The position numbers and the translations under genes were made by a program. Under the pieces are notes generated by a model. The model worked only from the letters and a program-made list of their open reading frames with translations. It did no database searches and had not been told where the DNA came from. This document shows positions 47,101 through 55,456 of a stretch of 64,000 bases of DNA, piece by piece. The DNA lies in IMG/VR virus record IMGVR_UViG_3300021387_001758, positions 14,388 through 78,387 of that record. One strand, 5' to 3'. How positions within the stretch are numbered: position 1 is the stretch's first letter; every line of letters begins with the position of its first letter. Source of the DNA: a virus. Lineage: Duplodnaviria; Caudoviricetes.

Positions 47101-47160
47101 ATTAGTAGGGACATCTTTCCATATTGAAATTTGATATGGTTTTTTAAGCTGTTCGTTCAT
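41176..47160 (-). CDS. Large tail protein (Tal/baseplate hub-spike type, 1994 aa)
   Basis: Follows Dit-like gene; N-terminal prophage-tail-endopeptidase-like region, coiled coil, IDAGTINI motifs. Confidence 0.75.
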   Translation of the reverse strand: MNEQLKKPYQISIWKDVPTNDNRFNEEMIAIIGSDTMTSPSRAFSPQLTKNVNGEVTFTFSMLHRYFDNDLGEEIFNPLIPYMVNERKVKLKYGDEWYDFIIKNCEESSEADTFQYSCTDLWVNELAKTGYNVELAQELGNNQGTVTELAERVLESTDWEVDKKASESIRQWVQEPLYKAQLIQNIKTDEMLEKEEVTLAKGEVIYFFYSDIIQKRTENIQVLRDLDREEGKWVFDDNNVVKGSNYMLRNSLTYTGDKPDIVSNNIDIYFHTTDTEINPNKTYYIKQNNDYVEVENPVSADLPTYFELDRQPGFIINLEFQGYRLNYAPVSKWDPLTEKYVDLYQVTYEETITKYIYHYKDYEYLTSDILFNSFTNGTDFDIFKSSISGWSPYGNRGSIKASIADSNNIQFSTYPKDIFGPEEEGYDKFPKNLQELGDTDACLLMTFKGTGIDNAIFNSGIRDNASLIGGFSKGEEYIFRAKYNPNPDQTDQSQPATVPVLGLVVADYEVKTIEINGDKVTYYQPDLSKKYFEFKPSGNNEPVNYEKSNNEITGGYFLDNTHKTYVKEMPWGKDTIPPSRKYVYIAEEEGQNKEYVWSNVEDQYVSKNGPDAPQKSGVNYWSIKADCLRSISAEELKAKNIGLFVINCANTAKSYWVRDIEFFKYRQDSNGHTLIPGSAPEATNNEVDYYYIKDDTLKDKEKVKTYFTLDALATDLGVSVDNIIQVYNNDYDKITSIEVKESNYFNIIQELCEKFECWAKFTVAHNENGSIATTKDGKAIKKVSFHEYAGKDNFAGFKYGINLSSIQRTLDSNEFVSKMIVAQPASEYVDGGVLTIRKADANPSGESYILNFSYYLNQGLIDGSFYEEFTQFQKDLKEKNIEIDRLSKEYEDIQAAMTRIDSTLTVYSITMDVAPEFAQDAEDDLEKITGATSYENYINSTKRTDKSDEVVMDYLAEILTAEQVQGNYGGITTQLLNEYKNLQLKADGAQVYEITISLSDEQTIVSSDDFVGGLTCTLTNGTTTKIAKLNLSNKTYSYTDLTGPCQVEFQLSDILSSKYKIYDGKKDKVINGTVNLAANQAHLFYLLPNTETDNESIKAQIEEKQKEKDALEKNFFEKYGRFIQEGTWTSEDYVDNNLYYLDALQVSNTSAQPKVTYTINVVEVSELEGLENYLFDVGDKTYIEDTEFFGWTLQSGLKTPIKEEVIVSEVVWNLDQPEENQITIQNYKTQFEDLFQRIGAAVQSVEYNQGAYQRAASMLDSNGLINSNLLTASLNNISGSRFGISAIGAAYVDRDGIVVTDITRTINQMKLSPKGLMVSEDAGVTWRTIVSPDGIDIKYIKAGIIDAGTINIMDGNYPSFRWDKDGITAYSFDQSENYVYTKTTDQTVNPSKTYYEQDGEEYVPVENPKDEDIANYYERTEDDNLYDLSTYVRLDKYGLYGIDNNLDFVPSSPEDIENEASFGLTWNGFFIRNSYTKDIYEKTSDAAPDDSKTYYQLNSDNQYVPVQKPYKQSEIDSYYELVKQLGGYVSISKDNDIRVVKVLGPNDEITKIKIGALEFDEDHYPTRYGMSIRNDADLEVFKTDDDGNAVFNNVSIKGSIKAAVFEYEEINAIGGIVVVRPSSTIKDIVGSYHNGDVVGTEVIIENPDIFNSGDYCKLGYDGGYYTLIKEDGHYILEGFELGIDGYIKTEDETIVEGKEYYIYNNETQTYDLVSEPSIEYIQSYYEKALQPVVFEDIIGSAIVSLAHFDFETSTVSDNYGIAINSSNSDTMAPEKAITLFEYEGNIDEDRFQGVGLNYKGVFGTLPDMTTQPENKVNDDIYNYMRGTQGIFTDNMYLGNDEQYIAYYTNNGNKTLAIRVKDIDIIGGEEDLVKGSLITQINNVVETAGEINAAIEIKPEYVRLFKGITPEGAEKPVLQSYVNLTADRIEFFNTEVETEFAHTWVNATSLNSDDLYFSNAYPRYEAAKRPDEENGTGNLIIYARDNGHLTIKNIR

Positions 47161-47169
47161 AACTCCTCC

Positions 47170-48612
47170 TTAGAAATAAAGATAATCATACATAATTTTT
47201 GGCGCGCCATTACCTGATAAGGTTGTACTAAATTTAATTTGTCCTTCAAAAGCGCCGCAACTATCTTCCATATCTTCATCATATTCTTCTAAGTTACGAC
47301 TACTATTTATTGTAAAGAAGTTGCCGCCTTCTATAAAATTATTATATAATGTACCTGTAGTTTTATAACTATTATCATCAGTTTTTTGAACACCTTCAAC
47401 TAATTGATTTTTGGTATTAATAATAATACCATCGTCTAAATTCTTAGTAGCAATATCTACCATTTTCTTCAATGCTGAGTTCCATGTTTTTGTGACTCTG
47501 GTTATAGTACCAAATCTCAGCTGCGCGCCTTCGACGGCAATATAGCTATCTTCATCTTCATTATATTCTTCTAACGTCATAGAAAAAGCATCAATAGTAT
47601 CACTAGTAAAAGGTATATAAAGTAAGAAAGGTGTGTCTATATCTCCTGGATTATATACTTTCATTTGGCTTATACCTGTTTTTTTATAGTAAGTAGTTCC
47701 TTGTATCGGATCTTTATCTATTGTTAAAACATATGTACTACCATTTAGTACATAAAGCTTTAATTTTTGAGGGTTATCCCCCTGCTGTGTGGTATATGCC
47801 TCATATTCTACATCCGTTTCATCATATGTATCATACCCTTCTAACGAATTTTTCAATCCAGAGGTGTCTTTCCACTCTTCTATATTATCATAATCTACAT
47901 ATTCAGCTAATGTTTTAGAAGGCGCGTGAGCAAAAGGTTCATAAGCTACTAAATTAATTTCACCTTCACCCTTATAAATACGTTCTGTTTTATCGGTATA
48001 AGTATGAGGATAAATTTTTTCCCTAGTAATTGTTGTCACTTTTTTATAATAATCTTTATTAGCTTGAACTTCTTCGTCCTCAGTCAATAAATATTCGTCA
48101 TCTATTAATACATACCACGTATGCTCTTTAGGATTGATTGGCGCTGTATAATCTTGCATATTTATTTTTTCAAAAGAAACTTCTCTATCTGCTACGCGGA
48201 GTCCATCTTGTCCTTCTTGTTCTTCATCAACGACAATTTGTTTTTCATCGAAACAAATTGTATCCAAAGAAATAGGACTCTCTAATTTGACCTTATAGCA
48301 CTTATACGGCGCCTCATCGTAAATTAAAGTCCCAGGTTTTCTCGTACTAAAAATCCTTCTGATTTTTCTATACTGCATTTCAGTAAGATGATCGAAGGCA
48401 ATATTTATAGTAAATTTTTTACTTTTATAATAACTGCCAAAATAATAAATGCCATCTCCACCTGGAATATCCACAGTAGCATCATCAAATTCTGGCGTTA
48501 ATTCATCTTTATATCTATCTCCATCACTAACTCTAACAATTCCCAAATCTTTACTATGGAAACCATTAAAAGAGAATCCAGTAAAATCTCCCATTTTATA
48601 ACTCCTAAACAA
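47170..48612 (-). CDS. Distal tail protein (Dit)-like
   Basis: GFSFNG.HS.DLGI...V.IPGGDG.YYFGS.Y...F.I.IAF typical of siphovirus Dit. Confidence 0.75.
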   Translation of the reverse strand: MFRSYKMGDFTGFSFNGFHSKDLGIVRVSDGDRYKDELTPEFDDATVDIPGGDGIYYFGSYYKSKKFTINIAFDHLTEMQYRKIRRIFSTRKPGTLIYDEAPYKCYKVKLESPISLDTICFDEKQIVVDEEQEGQDGLRVADREVSFEKINMQDYTAPINPKEHTWYVLIDDEYLLTEDEEVQANKDYYKKVTTITREKIYPHTYTDKTERIYKGEGEINLVAYEPFAHAPSKTLAEYVDYDNIEEWKDTSGLKNSLEGYDTYDETDVEYEAYTTQQGDNPQKLKLYVLNGSTYVLTIDKDPIQGTTYYKKTGISQMKVYNPGDIDTPFLLYIPFTSDTIDAFSMTLEEYNEDEDSYIAVEGAQLRFGTITRVTKTWNSALKKMVDIATKNLDDGIIINTKNQLVEGVQKTDDNSYKTTGTLYNNFIEGGNFFTINSSRNLEEYDEDMEDSCGAFEGQIKFSTTLSGNGAPKIMYDYLYF

Positions 48613-48775
48613 AATGCGCCCGTTTGACCGCGCGCAATTATAGTAATATTCTAATTTATCAAATTACGCCTTTCTCACCTATATTATAATTATACTCCTT
48701 TTCTATAATTAAGTCAAGTTTTTGGACATAACATATATGTTTTTAATGTAATAAAAAAGAAGTACATATGTACTT

Positions 48776-49627
48776 CTATATCTCAAAGCGTGATTTATCC
48801 GGGAAGCTTTCTCTAATATAATCACCTATAACTCCATTAAGAAAACTTCCTTCTTCAGTAGATACATAAGGTAAAGTTTTGTCTATTGGGCGACTATTAT
48901 CAGAATATTTAACATCATTAATAAGCTTTGCTTCTACTCCTGCATAATTTCCATAGATATTTTTAAAATTAGAAATATTAGGATATAAATTTAAAACCTC
49001 TAAAGCTTTTTCTTTATTAATTAACATTGGTAAATGTAAAGCATAATTAACTGTTGAAAGACCTTGACGTTTTAAAAACATCAAACACTCTCTTAAAAGA
49101 TTCGAATAAGAGCTTCTTTTCTTCAGCCTATCCTCCAACATTAAAACTCTAAAGGCTAAATCTCCATCAGTATAAGCGGGGTACTGCTTATTCGGCGCCA
49201 TTACGAAAAAATCATCATTGAATAGCCAAAAATTCTCAGAAATCTCTTCATTCTCACAAATTTTCCTCAAAGTATAACATACTTTATCCCATTTAGTATT
49301 ACCTTTTTGGTCTATTGGTAGCGCGCAATCTGGTCGTAAAAACTTCGGCTGGCCGCCCGCAAACCAAACCTTATTATACCTAAAATTTTCTAATGAGCGA
49401 AGAGAATAACGAAGTTCTTCCGGACTATCGTCAATATCATTTCGCAATACGTATACTATATCCCATAATGGTTCTTCTTCTTTTTGATTTAAAAAATTTT
49501 CTATTGCCGGATTTTCAAATTTTTCACGAACCTCTGGCGTTTGTCTTTTTTTATCTATAAGTCCTCTAATAGCAATACCAATAGCAAATCCTACTATTAA
49601 TAAAACTATTCCAATAATATATTCCAT
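48776..49627 (-). CDS. Membrane-anchored Stealth-like (CR2) sugar-phosphotransferase
   Basis: N-terminal TM; DIVYV, EELRYSLRSL and FWLFNDDFF motifs. Confidence 0.6.
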   Translation of the reverse strand: MEYIIGIVLLIVGFAIGIAIRGLIDKKRQTPEVREKFENPAIENFLNQKEEEPLWDIVYVLRNDIDDSPEELRYSLRSLENFRYNKVWFAGGQPKFLRPDCALPIDQKGNTKWDKVCYTLRKICENEEISENFWLFNDDFFVMAPNKQYPAYTDGDLAFRVLMLEDRLKKRSSYSNLLRECLMFLKRQGLSTVNYALHLPMLINKEKALEVLNLYPNISNFKNIYGNYAGVEAKLINDVKYSDNSRPIDKTLPYVSTEEGSFLNGVIGDYIRESFPDKSRFEI

Positions 49628-49654
49628 TGTTTCCCCTTTCGACTCCAAATAAAC

Positions 49655-50377
49655 CTAAGCAATACGTTTCCAAATATTAGCTGCTAAAAATGGCATTGTA
49701 TTATTATGTGCAGCTGAAGCACTGGCCGCAGTTGAAGTACCAACACTTCCACCAGAAACTGTGCAGCTCTCACCAGCAGCTATTGTTGGAGCAGACCTAC
49801 CTAAATTGTATCCACTATTTTCGCATCGAAGATACCTATAATTGCCACCCGATGGTAAAGAGCCTAACTGCACATTATACCCAGTCACAATAGTTGCAGA
49901 AGTAACATAGTGAGAATTGCTTGCTGTTAGTTTGGGAGTTGTAACCGTTGGTTTAGTAAAGCCATGTCCATGTGCAGTTGTACCAGATTCTGCGGCTGTT
50001 GATAAATGTGAATATTCTCCACCGGTATCACCAATCGATATTTCCCATGTACTTGGATTAGAATCTGATGTCATTCTACTACCAAAACCACTATTGCTAT
50101 TTACTTGATTAGAACTAGTTAATTCTCCTGCATCAAACGCCCCAAGAATAACTCGGCCAATAACTCGATCCCAAACACCGCCCCATGCTGTATTCGGATC
50201 AAAGGTCGAATCAAGTGTTTCATAAATTGTCCCAACTGGATAAAATTTATCTAAAAACCCATCTGGAGTAAAGTATAATTGATCTTCATCAATTTCATCA
50301 TTAGCTATAGCAGCATCATATTGCGCTTGAGTCAAATAATTGATTTTTAATTGAGGTAAATTAGTTATAGTTGGCAT
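49655..50377 (-). CDS. Tail fibre/collar-type protein
   Basis: FYPVGTIY...DPNTAWGGVW...GGEYSH...HNN.MPF.A..IWKRIA. Confidence 0.75.
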   Translation of the reverse strand: MPTITNLPQLKINYLTQAQYDAAIANDEIDEDQLYFTPDGFLDKFYPVGTIYETLDSTFDPNTAWGGVWDRVIGRVILGAFDAGELTSSNQVNSNSGFGSRMTSDSNPSTWEISIGDTGGEYSHLSTAAESGTTAHGHGFTKPTVTTPKLTASNSHYVTSATIVTGYNVQLGSLPSGGNYRYLRCENSGYNLGRSAPTIAAGESCTVSGGSVGTSTAASASAAHNNTMPFLAANIWKRIA

Positions 50378-50388
50378 TTTATTATCTC

Positions 50389-50820
50389 CTATTTTATTTT
50401 AACTGCTCTAAAACCATTAACGGTACCATCAGTACTACTACCTGCACCCATTGTGAGAGTAGAACCTGAATTTTGATAAGCTCTTAAATAAAAAGTAGTA
50501 TCTTCAGTTAGTGTCTTTATCGAGGTAAATTCGATTTGACAGGTATCATTAGAATTAGGAGCCACACTATAGTTCCAATAACTACCCGTGTCGACGGATG
50601 CAATATGTCCCACTCTTGTACCTGTAACGTTACCAGACCACCTTAAATAACAAGTTATCATCCAAACGCCCGCACTTAACTCTGCTTCACATATAGTATA
50701 CCATGTTTTATCATTTGCACTTAAAGTATTTGGCATATATGTTGTAACCACAGTACCGATACTTGTTAATCGAGTTAAAATTTTCTCTAATATTTTTTTT
50801 ATATATAATATACCTGTCAT
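50389..50820 (-). CDS. Tail-associated beta-sandwich protein
   Basis: Paralog-like to 36231-36737. Confidence 0.5.
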   Translation of the reverse strand: MTGILYIKKILEKILTRLTSIGTVVTTYMPNTLSANDKTWYTICEAELSAGVWMITCYLRWSGNVTGTRVGHIASVDTGSYWNYSVAPNSNDTCQIEFTSIKTLTEDTTFYLRAYQNSGSTLTMGAGSSTDGTVNGFRAVKIK

Positions 50821-50832
50821 TTTCCTCTCCTA

Positions 50833-50985
50833 TCAATCACTAGTATAACAATCAGTCCAACCTAATTCATCCAAGGCATTTATAATATTGTCATCAACTG
50901 TTTCAGATGTATCGTATCTTAATTCCTCTTGAATTACACAGTCGGTTATAAGTTCTACCTTATTTGAACCTAAATAAATTGCCAT
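50833..50985 (-). CDS. Small structural-cluster protein (50 aa)
   Basis: Manual ORF MAIYLGSNKVEL..., GGTAGG RBS. Confidence 0.5.
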   Translation of the reverse strand: MAIYLGSNKVELITDCVIQEELRYDTSETVDDNIINALDELGWTDCYTSD

Positions 50986-50988
50986 TTC

Positions 50989-51822
50989 CTACCACCTCAC
51001 TATTTGCGCACCATATACTTGCGCCCAAGTCGGCGCCCCAGAACCATTTGATTTTAAGTAATAACCACTTGTTCCAGTGGTTGTTGGTGCATAGAAACGT
51101 GGATTTGTTGTACCACTTCCATTAAGAGTAATTGTCGGGACAGTCGGGATAGATGGAATTGAAGCATCTACATACCCTTTTGTTGCAGCATCATCATCTG
51201 CGGTAGGCGTAACTAAATCGTGAATATAAATACTACCAGACGTAGAACTTATAGTAGTATTTCCATCTGAAGTTATATTAATTGCATCATCTGAAGCTAT
51301 TTGTAACTTATGTGTAGAGGATAAAGAAAGTTCAGCAACCATGGTTCCATTTTCGGTATATGTGCTGCATATAACTTTACTATTTGCGCCATTATTCCAA
51401 TAATCTATTGCGCTCATCATACTTCTTATATAAGTACCATCGCTTTCCTCTGCGTTTATAGAAAATCTTCCTATCTGTCCTCCACCAGTAGTAATTCCTT
51501 CCATATATACGCTAGGCTCACTTCCTCCTAAAGCGTAGTTTATGGCAAAGTCTCCATAAGAACTTAGTGTGTTAGATGTATCAACCTTCCCACTAATATC
51601 TTGATGAGACGTAAGTACTGTTCCTAAGTTTACAACTCCACTAGTACCTTTTGATACTCCATTCATTGTTATACCAGTTATTGTACCAATATTTGTTGTA
51701 TATCCTGCATCATTTGTCAAATCAGAAACTTTTGTAGGTATTGAAATAGCTCCAATGGAATCATCTACATATTTTTTTGTGGCTATATCTAAATTATCAT
51801 TAATTCCTGATAAATTTTTCAT
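50989..51822 (-). CDS. Tail fibre-like protein
   Basis: ATKKYVD, PTKVSDLTNDAGY and AATKGYVD fibre repeats. Confidence 0.7.
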   Translation of the reverse strand: MKNLSGINDNLDIATKKYVDDSIGAISIPTKVSDLTNDAGYTTNIGTITGITMNGVSKGTSGVVNLGTVLTSHQDISGKVDTSNTLSSYGDFAINYALGGSEPSVYMEGITTGGGQIGRFSINAEESDGTYIRSMMSAIDYWNNGANSKVICSTYTENGTMVAELSLSSTHKLQIASDDAINITSDGNTTISSTSGSIYIHDLVTPTADDDAATKGYVDASIPSIPTVPTITLNGSGTTNPRFYAPTTTGTSGYYLKSNGSGAPTWAQVYGAQIVRW

Positions 51823-51929
51823 ATCTACTCCATCTACTTAAACGCCCTTCCCTTAGAAGAGGAAGGGCGTTTAATCTATTATTTTCCTCTATTATTATTA
51901 TAACCTAAACAATAGAAAAAGTCAAATTC

Positions 51930-53381
51930 TTAAACTGTAACTACACATTTAATTGTAATCGCACTAGCTGCTGCCGAAGCTACTTCAAAAGCAGTTCCAT
52001 CATAATCTACTACAACCGCTTCTCCGCCTTGATAAGCTTGGAAAGTTATTAACTTACTTGCCACACCAGATGCGCTGACTGACGTTTGCCCTTGCGCGAT
52101 TGTAAGTGTTGTATATGTAATAGCTCCTTGTGATGCTGCTTCTAAGTTATCAAGTGTGGTTTTATCAGCCGCCGTCATTAAACCATCATTGGTTTGCGTA
52201 ACAGCTGGTATTGTAACCTCACCAGTTAAAGCAGTAGCAGATGCACCAAGTTTAATACCTGTTACATAATTTCCAAGTAAACCAGTAATATCCGCTTTAG
52301 TTGCTTCTGCTTTACCATTAACATGACCGAATTTATCAGTCATAATTTTATAAAGTTTAGCTGTAGCTACTGCGGAAGCCCCACTTGGTATAGTGTGATT
52401 TACTGTAAATGTTCCGGATGTAGTAATCGGACCCCCACTTACAGTGATTCCTCCATCTGTATTACTAATTCCCACGCTAGTAACTGTACCACTTGGTTCG
52501 TCACCGGATGGAATCAGTACCCACGCAGATCCATCGGAAATAAATGTATCGCCTACATCTGCAGCCTGTGAAGCATATGTTCCAGCTGTTATAACCTTAT
52601 ATGTCCAGCCTTCATTAGAAGATGAAGCGGTTGGAAGAGTAGTAATTGTACCACCGGTACCGAGCGAACCCTTGAATACCATCGGTTCTGGAAGAGCATC
52701 AACAGCATCATCTACATATTTTTTAGTTGCAGCATGAAGATTCGCTGTCGGCGCGCCGCTTAAGGTTAATGCACCAGTTAAAGTACCACCACTTAAAGGT
52801 AAATAAGAAGCAAGTGCCGCATTAGTTATATAACCTGCGTCGTTGGTAAATGCAGAAACATCCGTTGGCACGGTTGGTATTTGTAGTGTGTTACTTCCCA
52901 AAGTAATTGTGTCATTCTGAATTTTTGCATCAGTAATCCCATACCCAGCAAGTGTTGTAGCTGCAGTAGCTTTGGCCTCGATAGCCGCTTTAACTGTGGT
53001 GCTGTCACTAGATGACATTGTTAGGTCAGATGCATAAGCAGCTCCTGTGGTTTTAATATGACCATGACCATCTGTAGTAATCTTTTTTATTCCGGCGGTA
53101 CTAACAGCTGATGTTGTTTCAATATCGCTATGATTAATTGTAATCGCACCCGTTGAAGCAGAAACAGAAATATCTGTTCCACCTGTTATACTCGTAACAC
53201 CGCCATCATCTACAACTGGAACCCACTTAGTTCCATTATAGTAGTAAAATACATGATCTGCGGTATTATGATAAATTTGACCTTCTACCGGATTAGACGG
53301 CGCGGCCGCGAGATTTTGTACCCTCGCATTTTGTAATTCATTCTTATTTAAATTAAGATTAACTAAATAATCCATTCTCAA
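51930..53381 (-). CDS. Tail fibre-like protein
   Basis: L.LNKNELQNARVQNL N-terminus; YLPLSGGTLTG; AATKKYVD. Confidence 0.7.
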   Translation of the reverse strand: MRMDYLVNLNLNKNELQNARVQNLAAAPSNPVEGQIYHNTADHVFYYYNGTKWVPVVDDGGVTSITGGTDISVSASTGAITINHSDIETTSAVSTAGIKKITTDGHGHIKTTGAAYASDLTMSSSDSTTVKAAIEAKATAATTLAGYGITDAKIQNDTITLGSNTLQIPTVPTDVSAFTNDAGYITNAALASYLPLSGGTLTGALTLSGAPTANLHAATKKYVDDAVDALPEPMVFKGSLGTGGTITTLPTASSSNEGWTYKVITAGTYASQAADVGDTFISDGSAWVLIPSGDEPSGTVTSVGISNTDGGITVSGGPITTSGTFTVNHTIPSGASAVATAKLYKIMTDKFGHVNGKAEATKADITGLLGNYVTGIKLGASATALTGEVTIPAVTQTNDGLMTAADKTTLDNLEAASQGAITYTTLTIAQGQTSVSASGVASKLITFQAYQGGEAVVVDYDGTAFEVASAAASAITIKCVVTV

Positions 53382-53387
53382 ACCTCC

Positions 53388-53975
53388 TTAGTTACAATAT
53401 GCTTTTCCGCTAAAAGCTCCATTGAAACTAATAACGGCTTGCTCTGTTGTTTGTAAGATGATTTCTCCAACTACTACAGTACCGGCACTATCAACTACGG
53501 TAATAGACGGATATTTGCCCAAATTATGAACTACCGTCCATGTATCTGAAGCGACTTGTTGCTTATGAACATAATTCTTATCTGCCCCTTGCTTAACTTC
53601 TTCTTCAAGTGCCGCAATTTTTTCGGAATTTGTAGTAATTCGATTATCTAATTCGCCAATGGAACTACTTTCCATTTCTATAAACTGATCATCTTTCCAG
53701 AGGTGTGCTGTTCCATCGGTCTTGTTTATATAAAGTCGATCTTCTTGACCTTCTATCCCATCAAGACTATCAACAAATTCAACCTGCTCATCTACATTCG
53801 CATTAATATAATCTAATTCTAACCAAGGTTTCTTTCCATCACCAATTTTAATTTGGTTAGTATCTGTAGAAAAAGCTGGCTCGCCTAATCTTAAAATCGG
53901 ATTGGCTTGAATCCATTCATTTTCGGTGGCGCGCCGAAAACGTATTATTGCCTTTACATGTTTAGTTGTAGCCAT
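53388..53975 (-). CDS. Mtd-N/hyaluronidase-N-like tail protein
   Basis: RRATENEW...NPIL..GEP...DT..IKIGDG; C-terminal HNLGKYPS.TVVD. Confidence 0.7.
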   Translation of the reverse strand: MATTKHVKAIIRFRRATENEWIQANPILRLGEPAFSTDTNQIKIGDGKKPWLELDYINANVDEQVEFVDSLDGIEGQEDRLYINKTDGTAHLWKDDQFIEMESSSIGELDNRITTNSEKIAALEEEVKQGADKNYVHKQQVASDTWTVVHNLGKYPSITVVDSAGTVVVGEIILQTTEQAVISFNGAFSGKAYCN

Positions 53976-54147
53976 ATCCTTCCACACCTCCTCCGTCATA
54001 GTCTATTATATAATCATAATAGATGTCTTTATCTTCCGAAGAAGGCTCAAATTTTGGTTTCATTTCGTTTTTTGACTTCTTGAATTTTATGTTGCCAAAA
54101 TTATGAGAGGAAGAATCAAACTTTATCGAAAAAGTTTTGTTGTCCAT
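53962..54147 (-). CDS. Small hypothetical protein
   Basis: ORF with GGAGG RBS. Confidence 0.55.
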   Translation of the reverse strand: MDNKTFSIKFDSSSHNFGNIKFKKSKNEMKPKFEPSSEDKDIYYDYIIDYDGGGVEGYGYN

Positions 54148-54159
54148 TAACTTCCTCCT

Positions 54160-54549
54160 TTATATTTCTCCATCTTTTAAAACACCAAAAATTCGCTCTT
54201 TTACCGGAAGAGAAGCATAAGCCTCTCCGCTTGTATCAAGAATTCTAATTTGAATAACAGCAATATTACGTTTTGCAGCGGGATAGAAAGTAAATTTTAA
54301 TGTATCATCTTGAGTTAAATGAACAGTAAGCTGCGAACTATTTAACTGTTCTTCTGATAATTCTACTTCTTCCATTTCCGCATTTTCGTAATCGTCTGCT
54401 ACGTCTTCTAAAGTAACTCCATCATCTGTTAACGACTTCTCTAAAACTACCGCACCATTCTGAAAATATGTAACATATAATTCTGCTATATCTTCCGACT
54501 TCATCGGTAATGTGAAGTTATGATATGGAGTAGTTCCTCTTGTTAACAT
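54160..54549 (-). CDS. BppU-N-like baseplate protein
   Basis: RGTTP...F.LP...YVTYFQ...LEK...LTQDDTL pattern. Confidence 0.55.
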   Translation of the reverse strand: MLTRGTTPYHNFTLPMKSEDIAELYVTYFQNGAVVLEKSLTDDGVTLEDVADDYENAEMEEVELSEEQLNSSQLTVHLTQDDTLKFTFYPAAKRNIAVIQIRILDTSGEAYASLPVKERIFGVLKDGEI

Positions 54550-54568
54550 TTCGTCACCATTCCTTTAC

Positions 54569-54877
54569 TTATTTTTTCGGTAATTTACAATATTCTTCAT
54601 AAAGTTTCTTACCTGTACCATTACCTCCTATTTTAGCATAAACCGAATAAAGTGAGGTAATATTATCAAACTCATCAAAGGTTGTATAACCTCTTTTAAT
54701 AGCTTCTTTACAATATCTGTAAATTAAATCATGAAGTATAACTAAATCCGCTTGAGTCTTTAGATCGTATGCTTCATCTTTCTTTTGTTTTTTATATAAA
54801 ATATAAGTCCACATTCCTTGGGACGCAAGGATAGCTGGGACCACACAAATAATAAACTGCATTAAAAATTCATTCAT
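54569..54877 (-). CDS. Small membrane protein of tail/lysis module
   Basis: N-terminal TM; Y..GGNGTG motif. Confidence 0.6.
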   Translation of the reverse strand: MNEFLMQFIICVVPAILASQGMWTYILYKKQKKDEAYDLKTQADLVILHDLIYRYCKEAIKRGYTTFDEFDNITSLYSVYAKIGGNGTGKKLYEEYCKLPKK

Positions 54878-54952
54878 AGATTAGTCCTCCACTTCTCTTT
54901 TAAAAAGTAAAGTTTCACCTAGATAACTCTACTTTTATGCGGAGGCGATTCA

Positions 54953-55363
54953 ATGAGTAGTTATGAAGAGAAAATTATTACAATTTTAAAGCAAGCAAAA
55001 CTTGATTTTCTTAGAGAAAAAAGTTATAATAATCTTAAGAAGGGAAAATATAGGTTTGATTTTGAGATTTTCTACAAAGGACGGAAGGTTCTTGTGGAAG
55101 TCCAAGGTCAGCAACACTACCAAAAAGTTTCCAGATTTCAAAAGAAAAGAGGAGATTTTCTTGCACAACAAGAGCGCGATCGCAGAAAAATTCGTTATTG
55201 TCTTGTCAATAACATTCCTCTTTATATAATCCCATATTGGGAAGTTGAAAACCTACGGCGCGCCAGTGATATTTTCCAAGAAAAGTTTCTTGCCAAAGAC
55301 ATTTGGAAAAACAACAAGGACTGGATCAACTATCAAAATTTGACAAAACGATCAAAATTTTAG
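54953..55363 (+). CDS. Vsr/DUF559-like PD-(D/E)XK nuclease
   Basis: YRFDF...LVEVQGQQHY...RDRRK..YC. Confidence 0.75.
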   Translation: MSSYEEKIITILKQAKLDFLREKSYNNLKKGKYRFDFEIFYKGRKVLVEVQGQQHYQKVSRFQKKRGDFLAQQERDRRKIRYCLVNNIPLYIIPYWEVENLRRASDIFQEKFLAKDIWKNNKDWINYQNLTKRSKF

Positions 55364-55456
55364 TATAATTAAGGCGGAGCCGAAAAGAAAAAAAAAGTCC
55401 AAAAAAACAAAACAAAAATTTTATTATATTATATTATTTTTATAAGGCGGTCAATA

